Assembly: GCA_043228905.1 (NCBI GenBank)
Contig: JBHGNT010000017.1
Coordinates: 8,494,001 to 8,558,000, forward strand
DNA length: 64,000 nt
Direction: 5' to 3'
Source: Azolla caroliniana
Lineage: Eukaryota; Plantae; Polypodiophyta
Part shown: positions 23,393 through 36,124 of the stretch, piece after piece
How positions within the stretch are numbered: the first letter of the stretch is position 1
Layout: the number at the start of each line of letters is the position of its first letter
Made by a program: the position numbers and the translations under genes
Notes under the pieces: generated by a model
Database searches by the model: none
Seen by the model: the letters and a program-made list of their open reading frames with translations, nothing else
What the model was told of the DNA's origin: nothing

Positions 23393-24856
23393 TCTTCCCG
23401 GTTCCGGATCCTTCTGATCCCTCCGCGTCGTGCGAGCTTTGCCGGTTTTCCCGACCGGCTTTGCCAGATCTGGATTTGTCTAAATCGGCGCGCTTCTTCT
23501 AGCACTGGCTTTCCCTCTAGCCTTTCTTATCACAGTACCAACATTCTGTGTTGGCCTTTGCTTCTCGGTTCCCGGCGCCGCTTTGACTCCCCCTGCTTGT
23601 GGAGGGTCCAGAACTGCTGTTGGCACTGTCTTTGTGCCTTCAGTCCTGCTCTTATCGGCCACCTCCATTGCGTGCCGACCCACCTCGTCCTACACGTCCA
23701 CGGGGCCGATCTGTCTCCATGTATAGCATCGAGCCGTCCGATTGAGTGGTCCTCGACCCACTCACGTGGTTTTCTTCGATCATCAACATTGATTGGAAGT
23801 CGAAGAAAGTTGATGGCTTCTCCCGAGTGCAGATCGTTGTCCAGATTGGCCCGTACCTTTGCGCTAGACCACCGAGGCAGATTTGTACCATCTCGTCTTC
23901 ATCCACCGTCACGTTGATGGACCCGAGCACGTCACAAGTCTCCGTTATCTTGGTGGTGTAGTCCGTAACCAACATGTCTCTTTGCCGGATGTTGTTCAAC
24001 TCTTGCCGGAGCTGCAATTACTCGCGGCGAAAATCTTCCTCAGATTTCCCCAGGCCTCCTTCGACGTTTTGCATCGTTTATGTAGCTGAGCATCTAGTGG
24101 TGCACACAGGACGCGAGGTTGTACAATACTCGGCTCGCTCCTTGCTCCCATACCGGGAAGTCCTTGTGTGCCGGTTCTCGTGCTACCGCGTTCTTTCCTT
24201 CCACAAAGCTCCAATATCCATGCCCCAGTAGGTACTAGTGCATCTTGTATGACCAAGACGTGTAGTTGCTCTAGTCGAGCTTCTATCCATATCTTCTGTC
24301 TGTCTATTGTTACCGGGTTCTAGGGTTCGTCTACGAAAGCAAGTGTCGGTTGTAGAGGTTCTCAACCCTCTCGCTCTGATACCATGTGAATGTTAACGTG
24401 CGGAAGCGTGAGACAGAACTGGCTCAGCCGGATAACAACAGAGAATAAGATGAAGGTTTAATGGAGAAGCTTAATACATAGAGAGTATACGCGGGAGAGA
24501 GACAGAGAGAGCAAAACATAGATTCAAAATAATAAAAACACTCTGTAAACTTTGTACCAACAATGTGCTTACACAACACTATTTATACAAGTCCTCAGAA
24601 GGATTGACAGAAGTACAATGTACTTCAATGTTCCTATGTGCGACTGACACTAACTACGAGACAATGATTACCTAGTAGTCTAGGCTACTACTAGGCTTCT
24701 GGTTCATGCTCGAATCCAGCTCTCTGATCCGTCTCCCCGATCCGACCGGTTGTTTTCAGATACCATTGGGATACCGATCCAGCTCTTGGTTCCGGATGCC
24801 GATCCAACACAAGCTTATCCAGCCTATCCGGATCCGGTTGAGCTTGCCGCTCAGCA
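23393..24856 (-). mobile_element. Ty1/copia gag, PBS (24373-24384) and LTR (24385-24856); right part of the element split by the gypsy
   Basis: UBN2-type gag (QLRQELNNIRQ...DEMVQICLGGL), zinc-knuckle remnant, TGGTATCAGAGC PBS, LTR ending ...CTCAGCA on +. Confidence 0.85.
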
Positions 24857-27800
24857 CTCCCCCCGGAACGAAACAGTGTGGCCAAAAGGAAGAACCGGTC
24901 GATTGTGAAGGCGGCACGGGCAATGCTGGAGGAGAAGAGCATGCCCAAGTTCTACTGGGCCGAAGCGGTTTGGACGACCGTCTACATCCAAAACCGGATC
25001 AGGGATAAGGTGTTAGCACACGAGATGTATTTCGGGTGGAAGCCGAATTTAAGGCACCTTAAGATATTTGGTAGCATTGTCTATGTGCATGTGCCGGATG
25101 AGGAGCAGAGAAAGCTAGACCCAAAGTTGGAGAAGTGCATCCTTGTCGGCCAGTCACATGAGCAAAAGGGTTTTAAGTGGTATAACCCCCAAACAAAACA
25201 AGTTCGAGTGAGCGGAGATGTCAAATTTGATAAGTCAACATCATGGTTCTCTCTCCCGACTCCAATGTCCGACTCCGACCCGACTTCGAAGGATGAGGCC
25301 AGTGAGCCCGAAACGATCCAAGCAGAAAGTGAAGAAGGATTCGGTACTCTAGATGAGAGTTTGATCTCATTCCGGCTAAGTGGGCCGCATGAGCGAGTGA
25401 GTCGGAATGACCAGTCAGATGAAGAGCCGGCGAGTAGTGGAGAATCGATCGTGTTCTCCCTGTGTAAGGAACCGAGGAGACGATTCACACACAAGGAAAT
25501 GGGGAAGAAGAAGATGTCGCAATATGCCACCGACAGAGACGAGTTGGATCGAAGCGAAACCGACTCTAGGCAGAACGATGACGGACCTTCGGAAGAGAAG
25601 TCTGCGGCCAGTGAGCCCGAAACGATCCAAGCAGAAAGTGAAGAAGGATTCGGTACTCTAGATGAGAGTCTGATCTCATTCCGGCTAAGTGGGCCGCATG
25701 AGCGAGTGAGTTGGAATGACCAGTCAGATGAAGAGCCGGCGAGTAGTGGAGAATCGATCGTGTTCTCCTTGTGTAAGGAACCGAGGAGACGATTCACACA
25801 CAAGGAAATGGGGAAGAAGAAGATGTCGCAATATGCCACCGACAGAGACGAGTTGGATCGAAGCGAAACCGACTCTGGGCAGAACGATGATGGACCTTCG
25901 GAAGAGAAGTCTGCGTCGGCCAAGAGGGCCACGAAATTGGGGAATCAGGAATTACGTCGATCGACCCACCAGAAAAACCCCGTGAAGAGGTACAACGAGT
26001 ACATGGCACATCATTATGTGTACATGGTGAAGGTGGCAACCGTGCGTGAGCCGGAGAGCTACGCTGAAGCGGCTAAGGACCCGAACTGGCAAAAGGCTAT
26101 GGAGGAAGAGATACACGCACTCATGGAGAATGAGACGTGGGATTTAGTGGACGTACCGAAAGGAGTGAAGCCAATCGGTTGCCGGTGGGTATACAAGGTT
26201 AAATACAACACCGACGACTCCGTCAACCGGTACAAGGCCCAGTTAGTTGCAAAGGGCTACGGGCAACAGACGACATCGACTACAATGAGACGTTCGCGCT
26301 GGTCGCAAAAATGATGATTGTCTGTGTCTTGCTTGTGGTGGCAGCGGCGAAGGGGTGGCATCTACATCAGATGGATGTGAAAAATACATTCCTGCAAGGT
26401 GATCTTGAGGAACATGTGTTTATGGTTCAACACCCCGGATTTCAGTTTGGAGTGAACACATCGGTTGTATGCCAATTGAAGAAGTCCCTCTATAGACTCA
26501 AGCAAGCCCCGCGTGGTTGGAACGCGAAGATCACATAGAGACTGTGTCGGATGGGGTTTGCTTTGTCGAAATCAAACTCTTCACTTTTCATCCGGCAAGG
26601 TCGGTTAGTATTTTACTTTATGTTGATGATTTAGTCATTGCCTGCGCCGACCTCGATGAAATTGGCCGCGTAAAGTCCCAACTTGCGGCATCATTTGACA
26701 TGAAGGATCTTGGGGACCTTCATTACTTCCTCGGGATCAAAGTGATCCGCACCCCCAAGGGCATACTGATCAATCAGCGGCATTATGTCCTGAGTATGCT
26801 CTTCAAATTCGGTATGACAGAACCTCTGGATCGGAATGTGAAGCTTCGCCCCGACTCTGGAATGACATGCGACCCACAAAGGTTCCGACAGACAGTCGGA
26901 AGCCTTATCTATGTGACCATCACCCGACCAGACCTCAGTTATCCGGTCAGATTGATTAGTCAATTTATGGCACATCCGACCGTGGAGCATCTTTGTGCAT
27001 GCACCGAATCCTGCGATACGTCAACGACACTAAGGACGGGAGGTTGTTATACCGGGCCGGTGTGGCCGAACAACTTGTTGGCTATACAGATGCTGATTTG
27101 GCCGGAAATGCTGGCGACTGTAGGTCTACATTTGGATATGAGTTTTCACTTGGAAGCACCGCGGTCGCTTGGAGCAGTAAGAAGCAGGCAAAAGTTGCAA
27201 TGTTGAGCACAGAAGCCGAGTATTGAGGAGCGGTTGTCGCAATGTGTGAAGCCATATGGCTCAAGAGGCTTTTGAAGAATCTGTGAGTGGAAGTGTCTGA
27301 CATTGCGACAATGTCAACAACATCTAGTTGGTGAAGAACCCCCTCTTTCACGCCCTCACTAAGCACATCGAGGTGCACAACCACTTTTTCTGCGAGCGCG
27401 TTCTCTCCAGTGAAGTGGAACTGTCACATGTTTCGACGGATCGACAGGTAGTCGATATCTTCACCAAACCCCTTGGCTTAGACAAGTTGCGGCAATTTTC
27501 CGGTGCATTGGGTGTGCAGTACCTCGATATGCCGAATTTTAAGGGGGAGGAGTGAAAGGAGGAATGAGAAAGACGACCGAGCCGAGTTGGAAATCGATTT
27601 CGACTTCTGCTCGATTGAAGAAGTCGGAGTGCATGGGACGACTGAAGAAACCGAGACCGAATGTAGGGGGAGCCACCGGAACGGAGAGCCCAAGCCCAAG
27701 CTAACCGAAAAAGGGGGAGGCAAATCCGGGAAGACCAAGATACAGACATGGTGCGATGTCGTGAAGGGTCTGAATGTTGAGGACGAGTTGGAGACAACCA

Positions 27801-28150
27801 ATTTGGACAAGAGCTGGATGAATAAGAGGCAACTGATTTTGAAGAAGAGTTTGATTTGGAGGAGCCGAATCAACTGAAGGCCAAACGGACGAGAAGACAG
27901 CGGAAGTTGACATCGACAAGGAGGAGCCGACGGGTCGAGAAGCGCCAAAGTCGCAACAACGAAGGAGTTGAGAAGGGCCTTATGAGCAAACAAGCCGATT
28001 GAGAAGGTCGAGGTGCGTGGGACTGGAGGGGTCATGGAAAGCGGAACTAGATGGGTCGAGGAGCACGAGCAAGATGGGAGGACACTGATAGGGTGTATAA
28101 GACAAGGGATATTCGTACACAATATGGTGGCTTGACCAAACTGATTAGAT
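24857..28150 (+). mobile_element. Decayed Ty1/copia 3' half (integrase C-term, RT, RNase H, 3' UTR)
   Basis: [55 protein letters not shown]. Multiple frameshifts. Confidence 0.9.
25297..25914. repeat. 309-bp in-frame tandem duplication in the copia INT-RT spacer
   Basis: GGCCAGTGAGCCCGAAACG at 25297 and 25606; the 103-aa block is repeated in ORF 24878-26314. Confidence 0.92.
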
Positions 28151-28155
28151 GGAGT

Positions 28156-28831
28156 TGTGAATTATAAAAGATTATATAGAATCAGGTAACTACGATTTAG
28201 AGAGGAAAACTCAAGAAATTAAGATAAAAGGTAGGGAAGATGAGAAAGAGATAAGAATGTTATAATATTCCACTTCAAGTCAATACAAAGACGATAAACT
28301 CCACAATGAACTTAAAAACCAAAAACCTTATACTACCCATCACTCAAACCCACTACTAAGAACCATCTTCTTCAACTAAGATACCTCTTCCTAAGACTCC
28401 TCCGCCTCTATTAGGACCCCTTCTCTATAATAATTTTCTTCTTCTTCCTCGACACTATTTTTAGAAGCATTTTATCTCGTATTTTTAGCTAATACCCAAC
28501 AACCTTCTAATCGTCATATCTCTGTCATTAGAGCTCCAAATTTAGTGATTTAAAAAGCTATAGATAGCTCTCTTTACAAGCTCTCTAATTCATATTTAAA
28601 CATAATATTTGGGTGACAAAAGGAGTTATGACCATTCCTTTTTTACTATTTTTTATGGTCCGCTTTTTCTCTTTTTACTTTTCTCTTGGTCTCTTACTTG
28701 TACTTTTGACTTCTTCCTAAGGTCTTGGTTTTTGTTCTTAGCCTCTAAATGTGAATTATCCATACTTTATATTCTTCTCATGTTCAATAGCTTAGATTCT
28801 AAAAATACTTTCACATTTAGCCCTCCCCCTT
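28156..28831 (-). mobile_element. Probable 3' LTR (28156-28815) of another LTR element with adjacent PPT
   Basis: Terminal inverted TGTGAA...TTCACA; CCCTCCCCCT (reverse-complement PPT) follows at ~28821-28830. Confidence 0.55.
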
Positions 28832-29070
28832 GCTAGACGCTAAGCCATTTATGGCAAAGCACTTAGTGGTAGTACTTAATAAACGAAAGCTCTCTCGCCA
28901 ATCTCTTGGCTATAGACAATGAGACAAATATAATCAAAAAGAAAATAAAAAGATGTGAGTTAAACCCTCGTTATCGGTATGAAAAACCTAACATTCTCTA
29001 CAAATAAAAATGACAATCACTATCACCATCTTCCTCTTTGTCAATAGAGAGAAAGATGGGTCTATAATAT

Positions 29071-29130
29071 GGGTTGAACTCGAACCTATTGCTTGGAAAG
29101 CAATTACCCTAACCGTTGAGCTACAAGCGC
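29071..29130 (-). pseudogene. Truncated, diverged tRNA-Gly copy at array edge
   Basis: GGGTTGAACTCGAACCTATTGCTTGGAAAGCAATTACCCTAACCGTTGAGCTACAAGCGC; the 3' acceptor strand is missing. Confidence 0.75.
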
Positions 29131-29788
29131 AATTTAAACCTATTCCAATAGAATTTTATCAAAACCAAAATATATACAAGATAAAATTATTGTTAAGTAG
29201 GTTCATATCAATGTAAGTCCTTAACCTTTACCAATTGTTACGTGAGCGAACAAATAGTGAGCCTTACTTTATTCTAGCATACAAATGAAACAAGTCCACA
29301 AATACAACTTGTCTGATCTAAACATCATATTAATTCAATTTGTTCCCGTGTTCTTCCAATCTAGTTATTAAACTAATCCAACAATATCCTATTCTCGAAT
29401 CGAATTGAATAGATTTTGTTTATCCAATTGAAGTACCGCTCTAAAACACATAGCGTGCACTTGTGAAATGTTGAAACGTGGTCTATTGCTTTCAAGAAAA
29501 ATATCCTAATTATAGGGATAAAAGCGCACATATATCTCATATTAGCCTAAATCCTTAATCATTACCATTTTTTATGTGAGCGAGGAAAAGGTGACCCTCA
29601 CATTCTTATAAGATAGAAACGAAACTAGTTGAGAGATATGATTGCTTACCGTAAGCTTTAAAAGGAATTCAATTTGTTGGAGAGTTTTTACCCTCCGCTA
29701 ATGAAACTCTCGAACAACCTAACTTTGTCAAAGGGAATTGTAAGGTTTTCGCGTGTCCATCTTAAGTAATGTTGTAAATAACATGGTG

Positions 29789-29860
29789 TGTGCTTGCCGA
29801 GAGTTGAACTCGGGTCTATTGCTTGGAAGGCGATTATCCTAACCGTTGGACTACAAGCGC
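29789..29860 (-). tRNA. trnG-UCC: tRNA-Gly(UCC), variant with C2-A71 acceptor mismatch
   Basis: Cloverleaf as array consensus; one acceptor substitution. Confidence 0.7.
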
Positions 29861-30479
29861 AATTTGAACCTACTTCCAATGGTTCAAAATTTTATCCCAA
29901 ACTGAAAATATACAAGATAAAATTATTATCAATGTGAGTCCTTAACCTTTACCAATTATTACTTGAGCTAGCAAATAGTGAGCCTTACTTTCTTCTAACA
30001 AGTCCACAAGAACGACTTGTTTGAGCTAATTTCATTCTGTGTTCTTACAATCTAGTTATGAAACTCGTCCAACAACGTCATATTCTCGAATAAAATAAAA
30101 TAGATTTTCTTTATCCAATTGAAGTTCTGGTCTAAAGCACATAGCGTACTTTTGCGTAATGTTGAAACGTGGTCTATTGCTTTCAAGAAAAATATCCTAA
30201 TTGTAGCGCTACAAGCGCAGATATATCTCATATAAGCCTGAGTCATTAATCATTACCATTTTTTATGTTGGAAAGAAAAAGGTGACCCTAACATTCTTAT
30301 AAGATAGAAACGACGCTAGTTTAGAGAAAGGATTATTTGACGAAAGATTTATAGGAATTCAATTTGTCGGAGAGTTTTTACACTCCGCTAATCAAACTCT
30401 CGAACGACCTGACTTTGTCGAAAGGGAATTGTAAGGTTTTCACGTTTCCATCTTAAGTAGCGGTGTAAATAACATGGTG

Positions 30480-30551
30480 TGCCCTTGCCGAGAGTTGAAC
30501 TCGGGTCTATTGCTTGGAAGGCGATTATCCTAACCGTTGGACTACAAGCGC
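30480..30551 (-). tRNA. trnG-UCC: tRNA-Gly(UCC), variant with G3-G70 acceptor mismatch
   Basis: + strand TGCCCTTG instead of TGCGCTTG. Confidence 0.7.
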
Positions 30552-31203
30552 AATTTGAACCTACTTACAATGAAATTTTCTCAGAAAGCAACAGTATACA
30601 AGATAAAATTATTGCTGAGTAATTGCATATCAATGCGAGTTCTTAACCTTTACCAATTGTTACCTGAGCGAACGAATAGTGAGCTTTACTTTCTTCTAGC
30701 ATACAAATGAAACAAGTACAGGAAACAGCTTGTTTGAACTACTTTGTTCCCTTGTTCTTACAACCTCGTTTTGAAACTCGTCGAGCAATGCCATATTCTC
30801 GAATTGAATCGTATAGATTTTGATTGTCCCATTGAAGTACTGCTCTAAAGCACATAGCTTGCGCTTGCGGAATGTGGAAACCTGGTCTTTTGCTTTCCAG
30901 AAAAATATCCTAACCGTAGGCCTACAGGTGGACAGCTATCTCATATGAACCCCAGTCCTTAATCTTTACCATTTTTAATGTGAGTGAGGAAAAGGTGAAC
31001 AAAAGGTGACCCTAACGTCCTTATAAGATAGAAACGAAACTAGTTGAGAGATATGATTGCTTGACGTAAGTTTTAAAAGGAATTCAATTTGTTGGAGAGT
31101 TTTTACCCTCCGCTCATGAAACTCTCGAACAACCTAACTTTGTCAAAGGGCATTGTAAGGTTTTCGCGTGTCCAACTTAAGTAGGGTTGTAAATAACATG
31201 GTG

Positions 31204-31275
31204 TGCGCTTGCGGAGAGTTGAACTCGGGTCTATTGCTTGGAAGGCGATTATCCTAACCGTTGGACTACAAGCGC
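31204..31275 (-). tRNA. trnG-UCC: tRNA-Gly(UCC), variant with T-stem mismatch
   Basis: + strand GCGGAGAG instead of GCCGAGAG. Confidence 0.7.
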
Positions 31276-31889
31276 AATTTGAAACTACTTCCAAGGGAAT
31301 TTTATCCCAAACAAAAAATATACAAGATAAAATTATTATCAATGTGAGTCCTTAACCTTTACCAATTATTACTTGAGCTAGCAAATAGTGAGCCTTACCT
31401 TCTTCTAACAAGTCCACAAGAACGGCTTGTTTGAGCTAATTTCATCCTGTGTTCTTACAATCTAGTTATGAAACTCGTCCAACAACGTCATATTCTCGAA
31501 TAAAATAAAATAGATTTTCTTTATCCAATTGAAGTTCTGGTCTAAAGCACATAGAGTACTTTTGCGTAATGTTGAAACGTAGTCTATTGCTTTCAAGAAA
31601 AATATCCTAATTGTAGCGCTACAAGCGCAGATATATCTCATATAAGCCTGAGTCATTAATCATTACCATTTTTTATGTTAGAAAGAAAAAGGTGACCCTA
31701 ACATTCTTATAAGATAGAAACGACGCTAGTTTAGAGAAAGGATTATTTGACGAAAGATTTATAGGAATTCAATTTGTCGGAGAGTTTTTACACTCCGCTA
31801 ATCAAACTCTCGAACGACCTGACTTTTTCGAAAGGGAATTGTAAGGTTTTCACGTTTCCATCTTAAGTAGCGGTGTAAATAACATGGTG

Positions 31890-31961
31890 TGCGCTTGCCG
31901 AGAGTTGAACTCGGGTCTATTGCTTGGAAGGCGATTATCCTAACCGTTGGACTACAAGCGC
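31890..31961 (-). tRNA. trnG-UCC: tRNA-Gly(UCC), array consensus
   Basis: GCGCTTGTAGTCCAACGGTTAGGATAATCGCCTTCCAAGCAATAGACCCGAGTTCAACTCTCGGCAAGCGCA: 7-bp acceptor, D arm, TCC anticodon, T arm. Confidence 0.85.
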
Positions 31962-32614
31962 AATTTGAACCTACTTACAATGAAATTTTCTCAGAAAGCA
32001 ACAGTATACAAGATAAAATTATTGCTGAGTAATTGCATATCAATGCGAGTTCTTAACCTTTACCAATTGTTACCTGAGCGAACGAATAGTGAGCTTTACT
32101 TTCTTCTAGCATCCAAATGAAACAAGTACAGGAAACAACTTGTTTGAACTACTTTGTTCCCTTGTTCTTACAACCTCGTTTTGAAACTCGTCGAGCAATG
32201 CCATATTCTCGAATTGAATCGTATAGATTTTGATTGTCCCATTGAAGTACTGCTCTAAAGCACATAGCTTGCGCTTGCGGAATGTGGAAACCTGGTCTTT
32301 TGCTTTCCAGAAAAATATCCTAACCGTAGGCCTACAGGTGGACAGCTATCTCATATGAACCTCAGTCCTTAATCTTTACCATTTTTAATGTGAGTGAGGA
32401 AAAGGTGAACAAAAGGTGACCCTAACGTCCTTATAAGATAGAAACGAAACTAGTTGAGAGATATGATTGCTTGACGTAAGTTTTAAAAGGAATTCAATTT
32501 GTTGGAGAGTTTTTACCCTCCGCTAATGAAACTCTCGAACAACCTAACTTTGTCGAAAGGGAATTGTAAGGTTTTCACGTTTCCATCTTAAGTAGCGGTG
32601 TAAATAACATGGTG

Positions 32615-32686
32615 TGCGCTTGCCGAGAGTTGAACTCGGGTCTATTGTTTGGAAGGCGATTATCCTAACCGTTGGACTACAAGCGC
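32615..32686 (-). tRNA. trnG-UCC: tRNA-Gly(UCC), G39A variant (second anticodon-stem mismatch)
   Basis: + strand TATTGTTTGG instead of TATTGCTTGG. Confidence 0.65.
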
Positions 32687-33300
32687 AATTTGAACCTACT
32701 TCCAAGGGAATTTTATCCCAAACTGAAAATATACAAGATAAAATTATTATCAATGTGAGTCCTTAACCTTTACCAATTATTACTTGAGCTAGCAAATAGT
32801 GAGCCTTACTTTCTTCTAACAAGTCCACAAGAACGGCTTGTTTGAGCTAATTTCATCCTGTGTTCTTACAATCTAGTTATGAAACTCGTCCAACAACGTC
32901 ATATTCTCGAATAAAATAAAATAGATTTTCTTTATCCAATTGAAGTTCTGGTCTAAAGCACATAGCGTACTTTTGCGTAATGTTGAAACGTGGTCTATTG
33001 CTTTCAAGAAAAATATCCTAATTGTAGCGCTACAAGCGAAGCTATATCTCATATAAGCCTGAGTCATTAATCATTACCATTTTTTATGTTGGAAAGAAAA
33101 AGGTGACCCTAACATTCTTATAAGATAGAAACGACGCTAGTTTAGAGAAAGGATTATTTGACGAAAGATTTATAGGAATTCAATTTGTCGGAGAGTTTTT
33201 ACACTCCGCTAATCAAACTCTCGAACGACCTAACTTTGTCGAAAGGGAATTGTAAGGTTTTCACGTTTCCATCTTAAGTAGCGCTGTAAATAACATGGTG

Positions 33301-33372
33301 TGCGCTTGCCGAGAGTTGAACTCGGGTCTATTGCTTGGAAGGCGATTATCCTAACCGTTGGACTACAAGCGC
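33301..33372 (-). tRNA. trnG-UCC: tRNA-Gly(UCC), array consensus
   Basis: Same 72-nt sequence as 31890-31961. Confidence 0.85.
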
Positions 33373-33680
33373 AATTTGAACCTACTTACAATGAAATTTT
33401 CTCAGAAAGCAACAATATACAAGATAAAATTATTGCTGAGTAATTGCATATCAATGCGAGTTCTTAACCTTTACCAATTGTTACCTGAGCGAACGAATAG
33501 TGAGCTTTACTTTCTTCTAGCATACAAATGAAACAAGTACAGGAAACAGCTTGTTTGAACTACTTTGTTCCCTTGTTCTTACAACCTCGTTTTGAAACTC
33601 GTCGAGCAATGCCATATTCTCGAATAAAATAAAATAGATTTTCTTTATCCAATTGAAGTTCTGGTCTAAAGCACATAGCG

Positions 33681-33752
33681 TACTTTTGCGTAATGTTGAA
33701 ACGTGGTCTATTGCTTTCAAGAAAAATATCCTAACCGTAGGCCTACAAGCGC
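33681..33752 (-). pseudogene. Decayed tRNA-Gly paralogue (representative; one per unit throughout the array)
   Basis: GCGCTTGTAGGCCTACGGTTAGGATATTTTTCTTGAAAGCAATAGACCACGTTTCAACATTACGCAAAAGTA aligns colinearly with the intact copy, but the stems are broken. Confidence 0.85.
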
Positions 33753-34012
33753 AGATATATCTCATATAAGCCTGAGTCCTTAATCATTACCCTTTTTTAT
33801 GTTGGAAAGAAAAAGGTGACCCTAACATTCTTATAAGATAGAAACGACGCTAGTTTAGAGAAACGATTATTTGACGAAAGATTTATAGGAATTCAATTTG
33901 TCGGAGAGTTTTTACACTCCGCTAATGAAACTCTCGAACGACCTAACTTTGTCAAAGGGAATTGTAAGGTTTTCGCGTGTCCATCTTAAGTAGTGTTGTA
34001 AATAACATGGTG

Positions 34013-34084
34013 TGCGCTTGCCGAGAGTTGAACTCGGGTCTATTGCTTGGAAGGCGATTATCCTAACCGTTGGACTACAAGCGC
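34013..34084 (-). tRNA. trnG-UCC: tRNA-Gly(UCC), array consensus
   Basis: Same 72-nt sequence. Confidence 0.85.
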
Positions 34085-34698
34085 AATTTGAACCTACTTT
34101 CAAGGAAATTTTATCCCAAACAAAAAATATACAAGATAAAATTATTATCAATGTGAGTCCTTTACCTTTACCAATTATTACTTGAGCTAGCAAATAGTGA
34201 GCCTTACCTTCTTTTAACAAGTCCACAAGAACGGCTTGTTTGAGCTAATTTCATCCTGTGTTCTTACAATCTAGTTATGAAACTCGTCCAACAACGTCAT
34301 ATTCTCGAATAAAATAAAATAGATTTTCTTTATCCAATTGAAGTTCTGGTCTAAAGCACATAGCGTACTTTTGCGTAATGTTGAAACGTGGTCTATTGCT
34401 TTCAAGAAAAATATCCTAATTGTAGCGCTACAAGCGCAGATATATCTCATATAAGCCTGAGTCATTAATCATTACCATTTTTTATGTTCGAAAGAAAAAG
34501 GTGACCCTAACATTCTTATAAGATAGAAACGACGCTAGTTTAGAGAAAGGATTATTTGACGAAAGATTTATAGGAATTCAATTTGTCGGAGAGTTTTTAC
34601 ACTCCGCTAATCAAACTCTCGAACGACCTGACTTTGTCGAAAGGGAATTGTAAGGTTTTCACGTTTCCATCTTAAGTAGCGGTGTAAATAACATGGTG

Positions 34699-34770
34699 TG
34701 CGCTTGCCGAGAGTTGAACTCGGGTCTATTGCTTGGAAGGCGATTATCCTAACCGTTGGACTACAAGCGC
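34699..34770 (-). tRNA. trnG-UCC: tRNA-Gly(UCC), array consensus
   Basis: Same 72-nt sequence. Confidence 0.85.
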
Positions 34771-35412
34771 AATTTGAACCTACTTACAATGAAATTTTCT
34801 CAGAAAGCAACAGTATACAAGATAAAATTATTGCTGAGTAATTGCATATCAATGCGAGTTCTTAACCTTTACCAATTGTTACCTGAGCGAACGAATAGTG
34901 AGCTTTACTTTCTTCTAGCATACAAATGAAACAAGTACAGGAAACAACTTGTTTGAAGTACTTTGTTCCCTTGTTCTTACAACCTCGTTTTGAAACTCGT
35001 CGAGCAATGCCATATTCTCGAATAAAATAAAATAGATTTTCTTTATCCAATTGAAGTTCTGGTCTAAAGCACATAGCGTACTTTTGCGTAATGTTGAAAC
35101 GTGGTCTATTGCTTTCAAGAAAAATATCCTAACCGTAGGCCTACAAGCGCAGATATGTCTCATATAAGCCTGAGTCATTAATCATTACCATTTTTTATGT
35201 TAGAAAGAAAAAGGTGACCCTAACATTCTTATAAGATAGAAACGACACTAGTTTAGAGAAACGATTATTTGACGAAAGATTTATAGGAATTCAATTTGTC
35301 GGAGAGTTTTTACACTCTGCTAATCAAACTCTCGAACGACCTGACTTTGTCGAAAGGGAATTGTAAGGTTTTCACGTTTTACATCTTAAGTAGCGGTGTA
35401 AATAACATGGTG

Positions 35413-35484
35413 TGCGCTTGCCGAGAGTTGAACTCGGGTCTATTGCTTGGAAGGCGATTATCCTAACCGTTGGACTACAAGCGC
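35413..35484 (-). tRNA. trnG-UCC: tRNA-Gly(UCC), array consensus (upstream CAA motif mutated)
   Basis: Same body; 5' flank GGTCCACATT instead of GGTTCAAATT. Confidence 0.82.
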
Positions 35485-36124
35485 AATGTGGACCTACTTA
35501 CAATGAAATTTTCTCAGAAAGCAACAGTATACAAGATAAAATTATTGCTGAGTAATTGCATATCAATGCGAGTTCTTAACCTTTACCAATTGTTACCTGA
35601 GCGAACGAATAGTGAGCTTTACTTTCTTCTAGCATACAAATGAAACAAGTACAGGAAACAACTTGTTTGAACTACTTTGTTCCCTTGTTCTTACAACCTC
35701 GTTTTGAAACTCGTCGAGGAATGCCATATTCTCGAATAAAATAAAATAGATTTTCTTTATCCAATTGAAGTTCTGGTGTAAAGCACATAGCGTACTTTTG
35801 CGTAATGTTGAAACGTGGTCTATTGCTTTCAAGAAAAATAACCTAACCGTAGGCCTACAAGCGCAGATATATCTCATATAAGCCTGAGTCATTAATCATT
35901 ACCATTTTTTATGTTGGAAAGAAAAAGGTGATCCTAACATTCTTATAAGATAGAAACGACGCTAGTTTAGAGAAACGATTATTTGACGAAAGATTTATAG
36001 GAATTCAATTTGTCGGAGAGTTTTTACACTCCGCTAATGAAACTCTCGAACGACCTAACTTTGTCAAAGGGAATTGTAAGGTTTTCGCGTGTCCATCTTA
36101 AGTAGTGTTGTAAATAACATGGTG

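Noticed and set aside
33681-33752. tRNA-Ser(UGA) call for the second tRNA-like copy
   Set aside because: The TGA sits in a tRNA-Gly-derived body with broken acceptor, anticodon and T stems, no long variable arm and an internal T5.
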